Shown one piece after another: positions 1 to 8,450 of a stretch of DNA of 59,712 nucleotides. Made by a program: the position numbers and the translations under genes. Numbering within the stretch: the first letter of the stretch is position 1; each line of letters starts with the position of its first letter. Source of the stretch: Chloroflexota bacterium (GTDB lineage: Bacteria; Chloroflexota; Anaerolineae; Aggregatilineales; Phototrophicaceae); NCBI GenBank assembly GCA_039822165.1, contig JBCBMS010000017.1, positions 1 to 59,712 of the forward strand. Reading direction: 5' to 3'. The notes beneath the pieces were generated by a model. The model did not search any database. It saw only the letters and a list, made by a program, of their open reading frames with translations, and was not told where the DNA came from.

Positions 1-231
1 CGCCAGCCCGAACAGCAGGGTTGAAAACGGCCTGCCTGAAAGGCAGGGGTTCTAACCCCTATTTACAGACAATAGATCAACTACGAGCCGAAAAATCAAA
101 GTGACGGTCGCCCCTACCCCCGTGACCGCCAACCGCGTATGATGTGGCGCTCATGCTCACAGAACCCGACCCACCTGGATAAGGATTGGCGAGAATTTGC
201 ACGGGCACGACGTAGCGCGCCCATGCTGTGA

Positions 232-1446
232 CTACCCGGTGCGCTGCATGGCTTTGCTGGCGTTACACAACCGATGCGTCGTCTGGCCGTTGGCGACCAC
301 CGTTTTGCCGCCCTGGCTGTGGGGCACCACATGATCCGCTTCGAAGGCTGCGTACACCACCTCTTCGCCGCAAATCTGGCAGATGCCTTTATCCCGGCGG
401 TAGATGACCATGCGCTGCAGGTTGGTGAAGTGTCGCTGTGCATCGCGGGTGGGCAGGTCTGGCGCATAGAGCAGCCATGCCTGTAACAGCGCGTCGTGCC
501 GGGAGTTAATGCTGCTCCACTGCTGTGGGGTGTTGTTCATGGCCGTCAGGTACTTGCGTGCCAGCGCGTCACCGTCGGCTTCATCCCGGCAGCGCTGTTC
601 GAAGTCCACCACAAAGTTATGGAACGTCATCTCGTAGCCGCTCAACACAAACGTGTCGATCACGGCGGCCACCAGCCAGTAAAGCGACACAAACTGGGCG
701 CGGGTGGAAACCTCTGGCGTGTCATCGCCCAGTGCCGCGTCGAGGAACGCCATTGTGCGTCTGATCTTTTTCGCAACGGCATCGCGCGGGTTGAACGAAT
801 CGTATGTTTCGTACATCTCCACGATGTACTTATCCGTCAGCGTTGCCCCTTCTCCCTGTAGCTCCAGCAGCACGCACTGCGCTGCCGTCTCCTGGTGGTA
901 CTGGCGAATCTGGCGGGCGCGCACGCTGGAGATGACCGGGTAGGACTGCACCAGATGTTCGACGAAGTGGTGAACTGCACCGCCCATCGCGTTGCGCTTT
1001 TCTGCCTGGGTGAGCTGGGTGCCGTTCTGCAATCGCAGGAACATCTCGCGGATCATGGTGTCGGTGGCTTCTTCGACGACGACAATATCCAGCGCGTACA
1101 TGTCGATGTGGTCTTTGACATTTTCCGGTAATTCGTTGTATGGCACCTCGCCGTACTCTGGTGTGTACTCATCGGATAACTTGAACTGGTTGGTTCGGAA
1201 CTCGTAAATGGCACGGACACGCTGCTGCCCATCAATAATTTCATAATCATATTCGGGGTCTGTAGTCAGCATGCGGAAGTATATTTTGGGGATGTCCATA
1301 TTGCGGATGATGGTGTCTATCAGCAGTTGCTTCTGCCGCCTGGTCCAGACGGAATCACGCTGATAGGACGGGGTCGGGTTCAAACGGTTATATCGGCGCT
1401 CCAGAATCATGGTAGCCCAGCTCAGAGTTTCCATCCGTCGCTTCAT
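232..1446 (-). CDS. DUF262 (ParB-like NTP-binding, DGQQR motif) protein with C-terminal HNH endonuclease motif; GmrSD-like type IV restriction candidate
   Basis: 404-aa ORF; N-terminal IIDGQQR motif typical of DUF262/ParB-like domain; C-terminal CQICG...DHVVPHSQGG...NGQTTHRLCN HNH signature. Confidence 0.7.
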   Translation of the reverse strand: MKRRMETLSWATMILERRYNRLNPTPSYQRDSVWTRRQKQLLIDTIIRNMDIPKIYFRMLTTDPEYDYEIIDGQQRVRAIYEFRTNQFKLSDEYTPEYGEVPYNELPENVKDHIDMYALDIVVVEEATDTMIREMFLRLQNGTQLTQAEKRNAMGGAVHHFVEHLVQSYPVISSVRARQIRQYHQETAAQCVLLELQGEGATLTDKYIVEMYETYDSFNPRDAVAKKIRRTMAFLDAALGDDTPEVSTRAQFVSLYWLVAAVIDTFVLSGYEMTFHNFVVDFEQRCRDEADGDALARKYLTAMNNTPQQWSSINSRHDALLQAWLLYAPDLPTRDAQRHFTNLQRMVIYRRDKGICQICGEEVVYAAFEADHVVPHSQGGKTVVANGQTTHRLCNASKAMQRTG

Positions 1447-1827
1447 GGGGAAATTGTACCCTCACTGCCCGTTTTTGCGGATATGCCTATGGTAACTCAT
1501 CCTGTAAGCCTTTGCTGTTGCAGAGCAGTTTGAAGCGTAAATTTCTGCTGATTGTTTTGAGAACATGCGTGCTGACACTGACTGCGCGTGGTGGCGACCC
1601 CACAGCAACGCCAGAACCTTACCGCCGCGAAAACCGGGAACCCGCACGCTGCACCCCCGCCGACACCTGCCATTCACAGTGCAAACTGGAAATACAGCGT
1701 CACCACCAGCGCCGCTGTGAGCACGAGGCCAGCACTGGCTGCCTTTATGCTATCTATGATAATAAAAAAGAGGCACGGACATCGCCGCACCTCTCGTGAA
1801 TGCTATGCAGTTTTCCCGCACGGGAGC

Positions 1828-3564
1828 CTATGCGCCTGCTGGTTCCTCGGTGCCGTCCATCAGGTTATTGGCCAGCCGCGCACTCGCGGAGTGAATGCCG
1901 GTGGCACCGTCCGGGCGCACATCCTGCTCTTCCTCTGGCTGCGGCGTGCCGTCACCCTCGTAGCAGCGCACCGCAAACTCGTGCGTGCCGCTCTCGAACA
2001 GCCAGTCATAGCGCCAGAACACCCACGTCTTATCGCTGATGGGTGTACGAATCTGCGCTTCTGTCCACTCGCCACCGTCCACGCTCACCTCCACCTTAGA
2101 GATACCCCGCGTAGAAGACATCGCATAGCCGCCCACCGGCACGCGGATGTTCCCATCCTCGTCCTCGAACAGATCCTGGTTGGCGATGGTGTCCACAATA
2201 GAAGTCGTCTGCATAATGGCCGTAGCGCTCCAGCCACGGCGCACCCAGTAACCGCGCTCATCCTCTGCCACCACTTCAATTGCAGTAATCCACTTCGGCT
2301 GCTTCATGCCATAGCGCTCCGGGATGTAAATGCGCAGCGGGAAGCCGTTACGCTCCGGGATCGGCTGGCCGTCCCAGTCATAGGCAAACACAATGCGCTC
2401 ATCTTCCATAATCATGTCGATGCTCACATACTCGAAGAAACCATCGCCGCCGTCAATGCGCAGCCACTTGCCATCTTCGTCAATGTCAAGCTGTGCCAGC
2501 ACGTCACGCACGGGCACACCCGTCCACTTCGTCGTGCTGATGAGATTACCGGCGATGCGGTTGGAAATGCACTGGAGCGTAATGTACTGGTCGAGGCTGT
2601 CCATCTCGCGCAGTTCCGCCATAGTGAATGCGCGGTCTTCGGCAATCAGGCCGGTAAACGGTAGCGTCCACGTCGCCAGGTCAATTTCAATCGGGCGGGA
2701 GGCGATGTCGATGCGGTAGTGCTGCTCAACCGGCGTATACTCCGGGCGCATCCCCGGCGCAGGCTGAACCTCGGCATTTGCGTTCGGCAATGCGTTGCCG
2801 AGTCCGTTCTCGGTCTGCTGTTCAATATCAGCGGCCACCGATGGTGCGGGTTCACCCGGCTCACCAATCAACAGGCCCAGGCCAGCACCCACCACAGTCA
2901 GCGTAGCGGTTGCACCACCCACACGCACCAGGAACTCACGGCGGCCCATGCGCTCGACATGCGCTTCCGGGATTTCCATCGCCGGTTCACCAGCAGTAGC
3001 AGCAGCGGCAGGCGCAGCTTTCTTTGCCTTCACCGGCAGCAGGGAAATATCACGGTAGAGCCAGCCAAAGGCCACGCCCCACGCCACAAACAGGCCCATC
3101 ACCCACAGCGCGGCAAAACGCGGGTCTGTGGAGAAGAAAGCGTTGTTCAGGCTGATAGCCGTGAAGACTACGCCAATCACAGCACCGACGACGGCACCAG
3201 CCCCGTAGAGGAAGTTTTCAAAGTTGCGAGCTGTGGCGAAGAACACCGCACCAACAACCACCCCGACAGCCAGGATGAAGCCGTAGCCCATTGCCTGCTC
3301 AATGCGTTTGGCAATCGTATCCACACTGTCGCCAAAACCGAGGCCAATAATGGCATCGACCATAATGTCGATCACGAATGTAATCAGGTCACCGGGGATA
3401 ATCGGTACCAGAAAGTCGAAAAAGTCCAGCGGCACCAGCGGCAGGCGAACCAGCGTATTGCCGAGGAAGAACAGGGCCAGCAGCGGCAACGTGAGCAGCA
3501 GCCCGACGATGCCACCGGTGATAACACCGGGGTATTGAGTCTGTTGGGTTTGTGTATTTTCCAC
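1828..3564 (-). CDS. membrane-anchored molybdopterin-dependent oxidoreductase (sulfite oxidase / MsrP-like Mo-binding domain)
   Basis: 578-aa ORF, GTG start with GGAGAG RBS; N-terminal multi-TM region, C-terminal Oxidored_molyb-like sequence (TWTLPFTG..., YITLQCISN, NGFPLRIYIPERYGMKQPKW). Confidence 0.75.
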   Translation of the reverse strand: MENTQTQQTQYPGVITGGIVGLLLTLPLLALFFLGNTLVRLPLVPLDFFDFLVPIIPGDLITFVIDIMVDAIIGLGFGDSVDTIAKRIEQAMGYGFILAVGVVVGAVFFATARNFENFLYGAGAVVGAVIGVVFTAISLNNAFFSTDPRFAALWVMGLFVAWGVAFGWLYRDISLLPVKAKKAAPAAAATAGEPAMEIPEAHVERMGRREFLVRVGGATATLTVVGAGLGLLIGEPGEPAPSVAADIEQQTENGLGNALPNANAEVQPAPGMRPEYTPVEQHYRIDIASRPIEIDLATWTLPFTGLIAEDRAFTMAELREMDSLDQYITLQCISNRIAGNLISTTKWTGVPVRDVLAQLDIDEDGKWLRIDGGDGFFEYVSIDMIMEDERIVFAYDWDGQPIPERNGFPLRIYIPERYGMKQPKWITAIEVVAEDERGYWVRRGWSATAIMQTTSIVDTIANQDLFEDEDGNIRVPVGGYAMSSTRGISKVEVSVDGGEWTEAQIRTPISDKTWVFWRYDWLFESGTHEFAVRCYEGDGTPQPEEEQDVRPDGATGIHSASARLANNLMDGTEEPAGA

Positions 3565-3890
3565 AGGTTTCTCTCCTTAAATATAGATCGCACATGATAT
3601 GACTGTACTATACACAAATGGCATGAAGATCGTCTGAATGTACTATTTGAGTCATCAGATCATAACGGTTCGGTTGAATATACCGTGTAAGGTCGGCTAC
3701 ACAACCACAGAAAAGCAGGGGCATGCTGTAGCACCTGCACAATAGTCTGATCTTAACGCGGAAAGGTTACGTCCCACTGAAGAAATTGTTGCGAAAGTAT
3801 CACGGAATGTATTGCAGGTCGATTTCGTGATCCTCCAACCTGAGAGCGTTGTTTATGAAGCAATCCTGAAGGTGTGTTCTTCGGGGTCGC

Positions 3891-5078
3891 TCACAACTTC
3901 TTAATGTCGTCTTCGATGCGTCCAATCAGGTTACTGCGTAACGGCTCGGTTTCCACACGCTCTGCTGTTCGCATCGCACGATATAACCATGTTGTTGCCG
4001 CATCTTTGTTGTCCTGCTTCAGGTACATGAACCCGGTTGCATGTTCGGCATTGGCGATATTGGCGGTGTCTTTTGCGGTCTGCCAGCGCTCCAGCGCACC
4101 GGCCAGCATAATCTCTGCGCGGCCATACTGCGCCAGGTGCGTGAGCGAAACCCCACGGCAATACATGGCCAGCGCAACGTATGCGCCCATTTTTACGTCT
4201 GCGGCATAGGCAATCACCGTTTCAAAGCTCTCTACCGCTGCTGCATGATTCTTCCTGGCCTGTTGCAAAACTCCCAGTTCATAAAACGCCGTCCAGTAGT
4301 GGTGCTTATCCGGCTGTGTTTTGAAGTGTTCGATAGCATCCATCAGGTAGTGTTCCATCAGCGCGGTTTGCTGTGCGACGCGGGCACACATGGTCATCAG
4401 CATCAGGCAGATGCCCATGTGACGGTGAATGTCGCGGGTTGTCTCGCCGTACTTTGCTATGTCTCGCTGGTAGTAGCTGTGCCAGATGGCGTAGGCCGTC
4501 TGCGCAAACCCTGCTGCCTGCACGCTTTCTTCCTGGCGAATGCGATACTGTGCCGCAGCCTCGTAGACCAGCCCGCGTGTGTACGGGTTGGTAGTACCGG
4601 CGGCAAAATGCAGCATGGCCGCATAGCTGGAGTGGTTGGGGGTGTAGGGTTGCAGGGACGCCGCCCGCACAATGTTGATGTAGGCTTCCACGCGATCATT
4701 GTCATCGGTCGTTCGCTCCAGTGACCGCTCGAACGAGAGTTTTGCAGCGTCGGCACGGTTGCCTGCCATGTCATAGTAACCGATTTCATGACGTACCCGC
4801 CTGATGGATTCCTCGTCGCCGATGTTCAGTAGCAATAGCACCTGCCGATCCAGCAGTTTTTCCCAGCGCTGGCGCTGCGGTGTATACAGAAAGTGGCGGG
4901 CAATCAGGGTCAGTGCAGTGGCAGCCTCGTGGACGAACTGCGGGCGGTTGTGCTCGCTGATAAGCCCGTAGAGATCGTCCGCGTGGTCATCCAACCAGTC
5001 CGGGTCGTGGCTGTTACGCCGGATTTGAGGCAGGAAGCGGGCAAGTTCACTGGTCGGGGTATCACCGGGGTTATGCAT
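3891..5078 (-). CDS. hypothetical helical (TPR-like) protein
   Basis: 395-aa ORF with all-helical repeat-like composition; no recognisable catalytic motif. Confidence 0.55.
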   Translation of the reverse strand: MHNPGDTPTSELARFLPQIRRNSHDPDWLDDHADDLYGLISEHNRPQFVHEAATALTLIARHFLYTPQRQRWEKLLDRQVLLLLNIGDEESIRRVRHEIGYYDMAGNRADAAKLSFERSLERTTDDNDRVEAYINIVRAASLQPYTPNHSSYAAMLHFAAGTTNPYTRGLVYEAAAQYRIRQEESVQAAGFAQTAYAIWHSYYQRDIAKYGETTRDIHRHMGICLMLMTMCARVAQQTALMEHYLMDAIEHFKTQPDKHHYWTAFYELGVLQQARKNHAAAVESFETVIAYAADVKMGAYVALAMYCRGVSLTHLAQYGRAEIMLAGALERWQTAKDTANIANAEHATGFMYLKQDNKDAATTWLYRAMRTAERVETEPLRSNLIGRIEDDIKKL

Positions 5079-5220
5079 GGTTCAACCTGGCTTATAACGG
5101 GCAATGAGGTTGTCATACATCCTAACACAAAATCCACTGGCGCTTTATTGAGGGTCAGTGGACATATCATAAATAATGACAGTATTACAAATTAATATGT
5201 TTCACAGCAGGTTGGTATGT

Positions 5221-5247
5221 GGCGGGAGCGTGGGGCAGGCTCCCGCC
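5221..5247 (-). terminator. GC-rich hairpin 13 nt downstream of stop of the sugar dehydrogenase gene (no U-tract)
   Basis: GGCGGGAGC-gtggggcag-GCTCCCGCC perfect 9-bp stem. Confidence 0.4.
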
Positions 5248-5259
5248 GGGGATGTGGGG

Positions 5260-6447
5260 TTATTCTACAGGAGCGAAACGCAGCACCTGTGCCGGGATGC
5301 GACTGGTGCCGTAATGTACCAGATACAGTTCGCCGCTTTCATCCTCACCGAATGAACTGATGGTGTAGTCTGTATCGAGCAGGAGATTGGACTGCCATGC
5401 GCCGTTGGCGTCACGGTAGGTTGCCCAGATCTGGCCGGAGCAGTAGTCACCGTAGATGTAGGCTCCCTGCAATGTGGGGATGGCTTCGCCACGGTACACG
5501 TAGCCGCCGGTGACCGAGCAGTTGCCGTTGATGTGCTGGTATTCGGCAATCGGGGCGGTCAGGTCATCCGGAATAGCCGCGCCAGAGAATGGATTGTTAC
5601 CCTCAAGGATGTTCCAGCCGTAGTTCTGCCCACCCACGCCGGCTGGCTGGAAGTTGACCTCTTCCCAGCGGTTCTGGCCCACATCGCCCAGGTACATATC
5701 GCCGGTTTCGCGGTCAAAGCTGAAGCGCCACACATTGCGCAGGCCATAGGCCCACACTTCATCGGCGGCGAAGTCATTGCCGACGAAGGGATTGCTCTCC
5801 GGGATGGCGTAGGGCAGGCCACCGTTCACGTTGATGCGCAGGATGGTGCCGAGGAGTGTATCCGGCTGCTGGCCACTGTTCAGCGGGTCACCGGCGCTGC
5901 CGCCATCGCCTACGCTGATGTACAGGAAGCCCTCCGGGCCGAATTCAATGTGCCCGCCGTTGTGGTTGGCGTAGGGCTGTGCCGTACGGAAGATGATGTC
6001 TGCGCTGTTCGGGTTGGCGACGTTCGGGTCATCTTCTGAGACGGTGAACCGGGCCACAATCGTGTCGTTGCTGCTCAGTTCTGTGTAGTTGATGAAAAAG
6101 ACACCGTTATCGGCATAGTCCGGGTGAAACGCGAGGCCAAGCAGGCCACGTTCGGTGTAGCCGTTGCCGAGTGCATCCGTAGAAATCAACCCCGAAGCGT
6201 CAAGAAACGGTGTCGTCAGGACGCTACCGTCCTCAATCACGTGGATGATGCCGTTCTGTTGAACCATGAACATGCGGTCGGTGCCGTCCCCGGCATGTGT
6301 GACGTACAGGGCGCGGTTAAAGCCGTCTACCACAGGTTGCAGGGTGAATTGGGTCGCGTCGGGTGTGGTGGTGGTCTGTGCAGTGGAGATGGCGGCGATG
6401 GAAAGTAACAGTAAAACGATGAGCATGTAACGTGCAGTGTTGCGCAT
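5260..6447 (-). CDS. secreted PQQ-dependent sugar dehydrogenase (glucose/sorbosone dehydrogenase beta-propeller family)
   Basis: 395 aa; signal peptide; GLLGLAFHPDY, HNGG, YISVGDGG motifs typical of soluble aldose/sorbosone dehydrogenases. Confidence 0.75.
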   Translation of the reverse strand: MRNTARYMLIVLLLLSIAAISTAQTTTTPDATQFTLQPVVDGFNRALYVTHAGDGTDRMFMVQQNGIIHVIEDGSVLTTPFLDASGLISTDALGNGYTERGLLGLAFHPDYADNGVFFINYTELSSNDTIVARFTVSEDDPNVANPNSADIIFRTAQPYANHNGGHIEFGPEGFLYISVGDGGSAGDPLNSGQQPDTLLGTILRINVNGGLPYAIPESNPFVGNDFAADEVWAYGLRNVWRFSFDRETGDMYLGDVGQNRWEEVNFQPAGVGGQNYGWNILEGNNPFSGAAIPDDLTAPIAEYQHINGNCSVTGGYVYRGEAIPTLQGAYIYGDYCSGQIWATYRDANGAWQSNLLLDTDYTISSFGEDESGELYLVHYGTSRIPAQVLRFAPVE

Positions 6448-6665
6448 CTGTTGTGCGTATTCCTTTGATTACAAACTTTGCATGTAACGGGCATTGTAGC
6501 AGATCAATTGGGGGGTGGTTAGCGGGGGATGATTGTAAATAGCTGTAAACGGTTTTGTAAGGTTAGTGTCTGGTTGTGTAAATATGTGTTGTAAGGTTAT
6601 TGACCTGGCTGACCGAATTTTCGTACTCTGAGGGCCGTTGTCAATTTTCAAAAAGGGGAGGACAT

Positions 6666-7601
6666 ATGTCCGCGAAATACAGAACGAACCTGCCGCAGCT
6701 AAACGGTAAGACTTTCCTGACCGATGGCGGTATCGAGACCACACTCATCTTCCATGATGGGTTAGACCTGCCGCTGTTTTCTGCCTTTGTGCTGCTCGAC
6801 GGCGGCGACGAGCTTGCAGCACTCAAGGCATACTTTGAGCGGTACGCGGCCATCGCCCGTGAGAACGAAACCGGCTTTATCCTGGAAAGCCCGACATGGC
6901 GTGCCAGTCATGGATGGGGCGCACAGCTCGGCTATTCCGTCACTCAAATTGCTGACTATAACCGCCGCGCCATCGACCTGATGCAAACCATCCGCGACGC
7001 GTACGAAACCGACGCAACGCCCATGCCTATCAGTGGGTGCATCGGGCCACAGGGGGATGGCTACTCACCGGAGACGATGATGAGCGCCGAAGCAGCGCAG
7101 GCCTACCACACGCATCAGGTAGAAACCTTTGCTCGGACAGATGCAGATATGGTAACGGCCATCACCATGACCTATGCCGAGGAAGCGATTGGCATTACCA
7201 GGGCGGCGCAGTCGGCTGGCATGCCGGTTGTGATCTCGTTCACCGTGGAAACGGACGGCAAACTGCCATCTGGCCAGCCACTGCACGACACCATCATGCA
7301 GGTGGATGCAGCGACGAACTACGGCCCGGTCTACTACATGATTAACTGTGCCCATCCAACACACTTTGAGCAGGTGTTGACTGGTGCGTGGGTGGAACGT
7401 ATCCGTGGGTTGCGGGCGAACGCTTCCACGATGAGCCACGCTGAACTGGACGAGGCGGAGGAACTGGACGCCGGTGATCCAGTAGACCTGGGCTACCGCT
7501 ATAATCTGCTGAAGGACAGGCTCCCGAATCTGACCGTGCTGGGTGGCTGCTGCGGTACCGATCACCGCCACATTGAGGAAATCTATCGCGCGTACAGTTA
7601 A
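6666..7601 (+). CDS. mmuM: homocysteine S-methyltransferase
   Basis: GGIETTLIF, INCAHP, GGCCGTDHRHI motifs; ATG at 6666 preceded by GGGGAGG RBS (longer ORF from 6600 unlikely). Confidence 0.85.
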   Translation: MSAKYRTNLPQLNGKTFLTDGGIETTLIFHDGLDLPLFSAFVLLDGGDELAALKAYFERYAAIARENETGFILESPTWRASHGWGAQLGYSVTQIADYNRRAIDLMQTIRDAYETDATPMPISGCIGPQGDGYSPETMMSAEAAQAYHTHQVETFARTDADMVTAITMTYAEEAIGITRAAQSAGMPVVISFTVETDGKLPSGQPLHDTIMQVDAATNYGPVYYMINCAHPTHFEQVLTGAWVERIRGLRANASTMSHAELDEAEELDAGDPVDLGYRYNLLKDRLPNLTVLGGCCGTDHRHIEEIYRAYS

Positions 7602-7622
7602 TCGTGCCATTGTAGATAATGA

Positions 7623-7648
7623 GGAAGGGACTTTGAAAAGTCTCTTCC
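7623..7648 (+). terminator. stem-loop downstream of mmuM (10-bp stem, no U-tract)
   Basis: GGAAGGGACT-ttgaaa-AGTCTCTTCC. Confidence 0.35.
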
Positions 7649-7788
7649 CCGGGACGTGCCGGTGCAGGGGGGCCTGACGACAGAACCACCTGATAAATCG
7701 TGTAGTATGTGCAGATGATTCGTTGCTCTTTGCCTGTTCTGGTATATAATTTCCTGAAATGCAGGTGAAAAGCCGAAAGCCTATTCGT

Positions 7789-8304
7789 ATGATTGAAGTG
7801 ATTATAGACAGCATCCGTGTGAGCCTGATGTCGCAGCATCGCATCGTGGTGTTGAAAGATTCTAACAGTGAACGTTACCTGCCTATCTGGATTGGCCCGT
7901 GCGAGGCAGACGCCATTACGACTGAACTCCAGGAAATGCCGCCGCAGCGACCGCTGACGCATGACCTGCTCAAGAACGTGATTAAAGAACTGGGCGGCGA
8001 TGTTGTTCACATTCTGGTGAGCGAACTGCGTAACGACGTGTATTATGCCCGTGTGGTGGTTGACCTGAACGGCAACCGCATGGACATCGACAGCCGCCCG
8101 TCTGACGCAATTGCCCTGGCCGTGCGTGTGAAGGCTCCGATTTTCGTGTCTGAGAGTGTGATGGACAAAGCGTCCATCCAGCCAGACGAAGACGTGGAAA
8201 CCGAGAGCGTGGACGACCTCGAAGAAGAGATTGAAGAGGGCCGCTTGAGCGCCTTTGAGGACTTCGTGGATAACCTCGACCTGGACCTGGACGAAGACGA
8301 CTAA
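7789..8304 (+). CDS. bifunctional nuclease (BFN/DUF151) family protein with acidic C-terminal tail
   Basis: MIEVIIDSI...VVLKD...RYLPIWIGPCEADAI pattern typical of DUF151; alternative upstream ATG at 7759. Confidence 0.65.
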   Translation: MIEVIIDSIRVSLMSQHRIVVLKDSNSERYLPIWIGPCEADAITTELQEMPPQRPLTHDLLKNVIKELGGDVVHILVSELRNDVYYARVVVDLNGNRMDIDSRPSDAIALAVRVKAPIFVSESVMDKASIQPDEDVETESVDDLEEEIEEGRLSAFEDFVDNLDLDLDEDD

Positions 8305-8388
8305 ACCCGAACTTTCGTCAGTATAAAATCAATACACAGGCGGCATGCAAATTCGCTGCATGTCGCGACATCAAATGATTCCCGCACT

Positions 8389-8422
8389 GTAGGGGCTTAA
8401 TTCATTAAGCCCCTACTTTTAT
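8389..8422 (+). terminator. Rho-independent terminator formed by a 28-nt GTAGGGGC...GCCCCTAC palindrome followed by TTTT
   Basis: gtaggggcttaat-tc-attaagcccctac + ttttat; member of the dispersed palindrome family. Confidence 0.7.
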
Positions 8423-8450
8423 CTGCAAATTAGACTGACTACAACACCAT

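Noticed and set aside
1-231. Hairpin CCTGCCT-gaaa-AGGCAGG near position 35-55
   Set aside because: Possible terminator for the DUF262-HNH gene, but it lies ~180 nt past the stop with no U-tract. Too weak to call.
114-486. Small ORFs (114..467 -, 274..486 +) at the left edge
   Set aside because: They overlap the DUF262-HNH gene or lie in its 3' flank and have low-complexity translations.
1588-3597. Long + strand ORFs (1588..2664, 2719..3597) opposite the molybdoenzyme gene
   Set aside because: They are antisense to a CDS with clear domain content. High GC suppresses stop codons. Their translations are Arg/His-rich low-complexity sequence.
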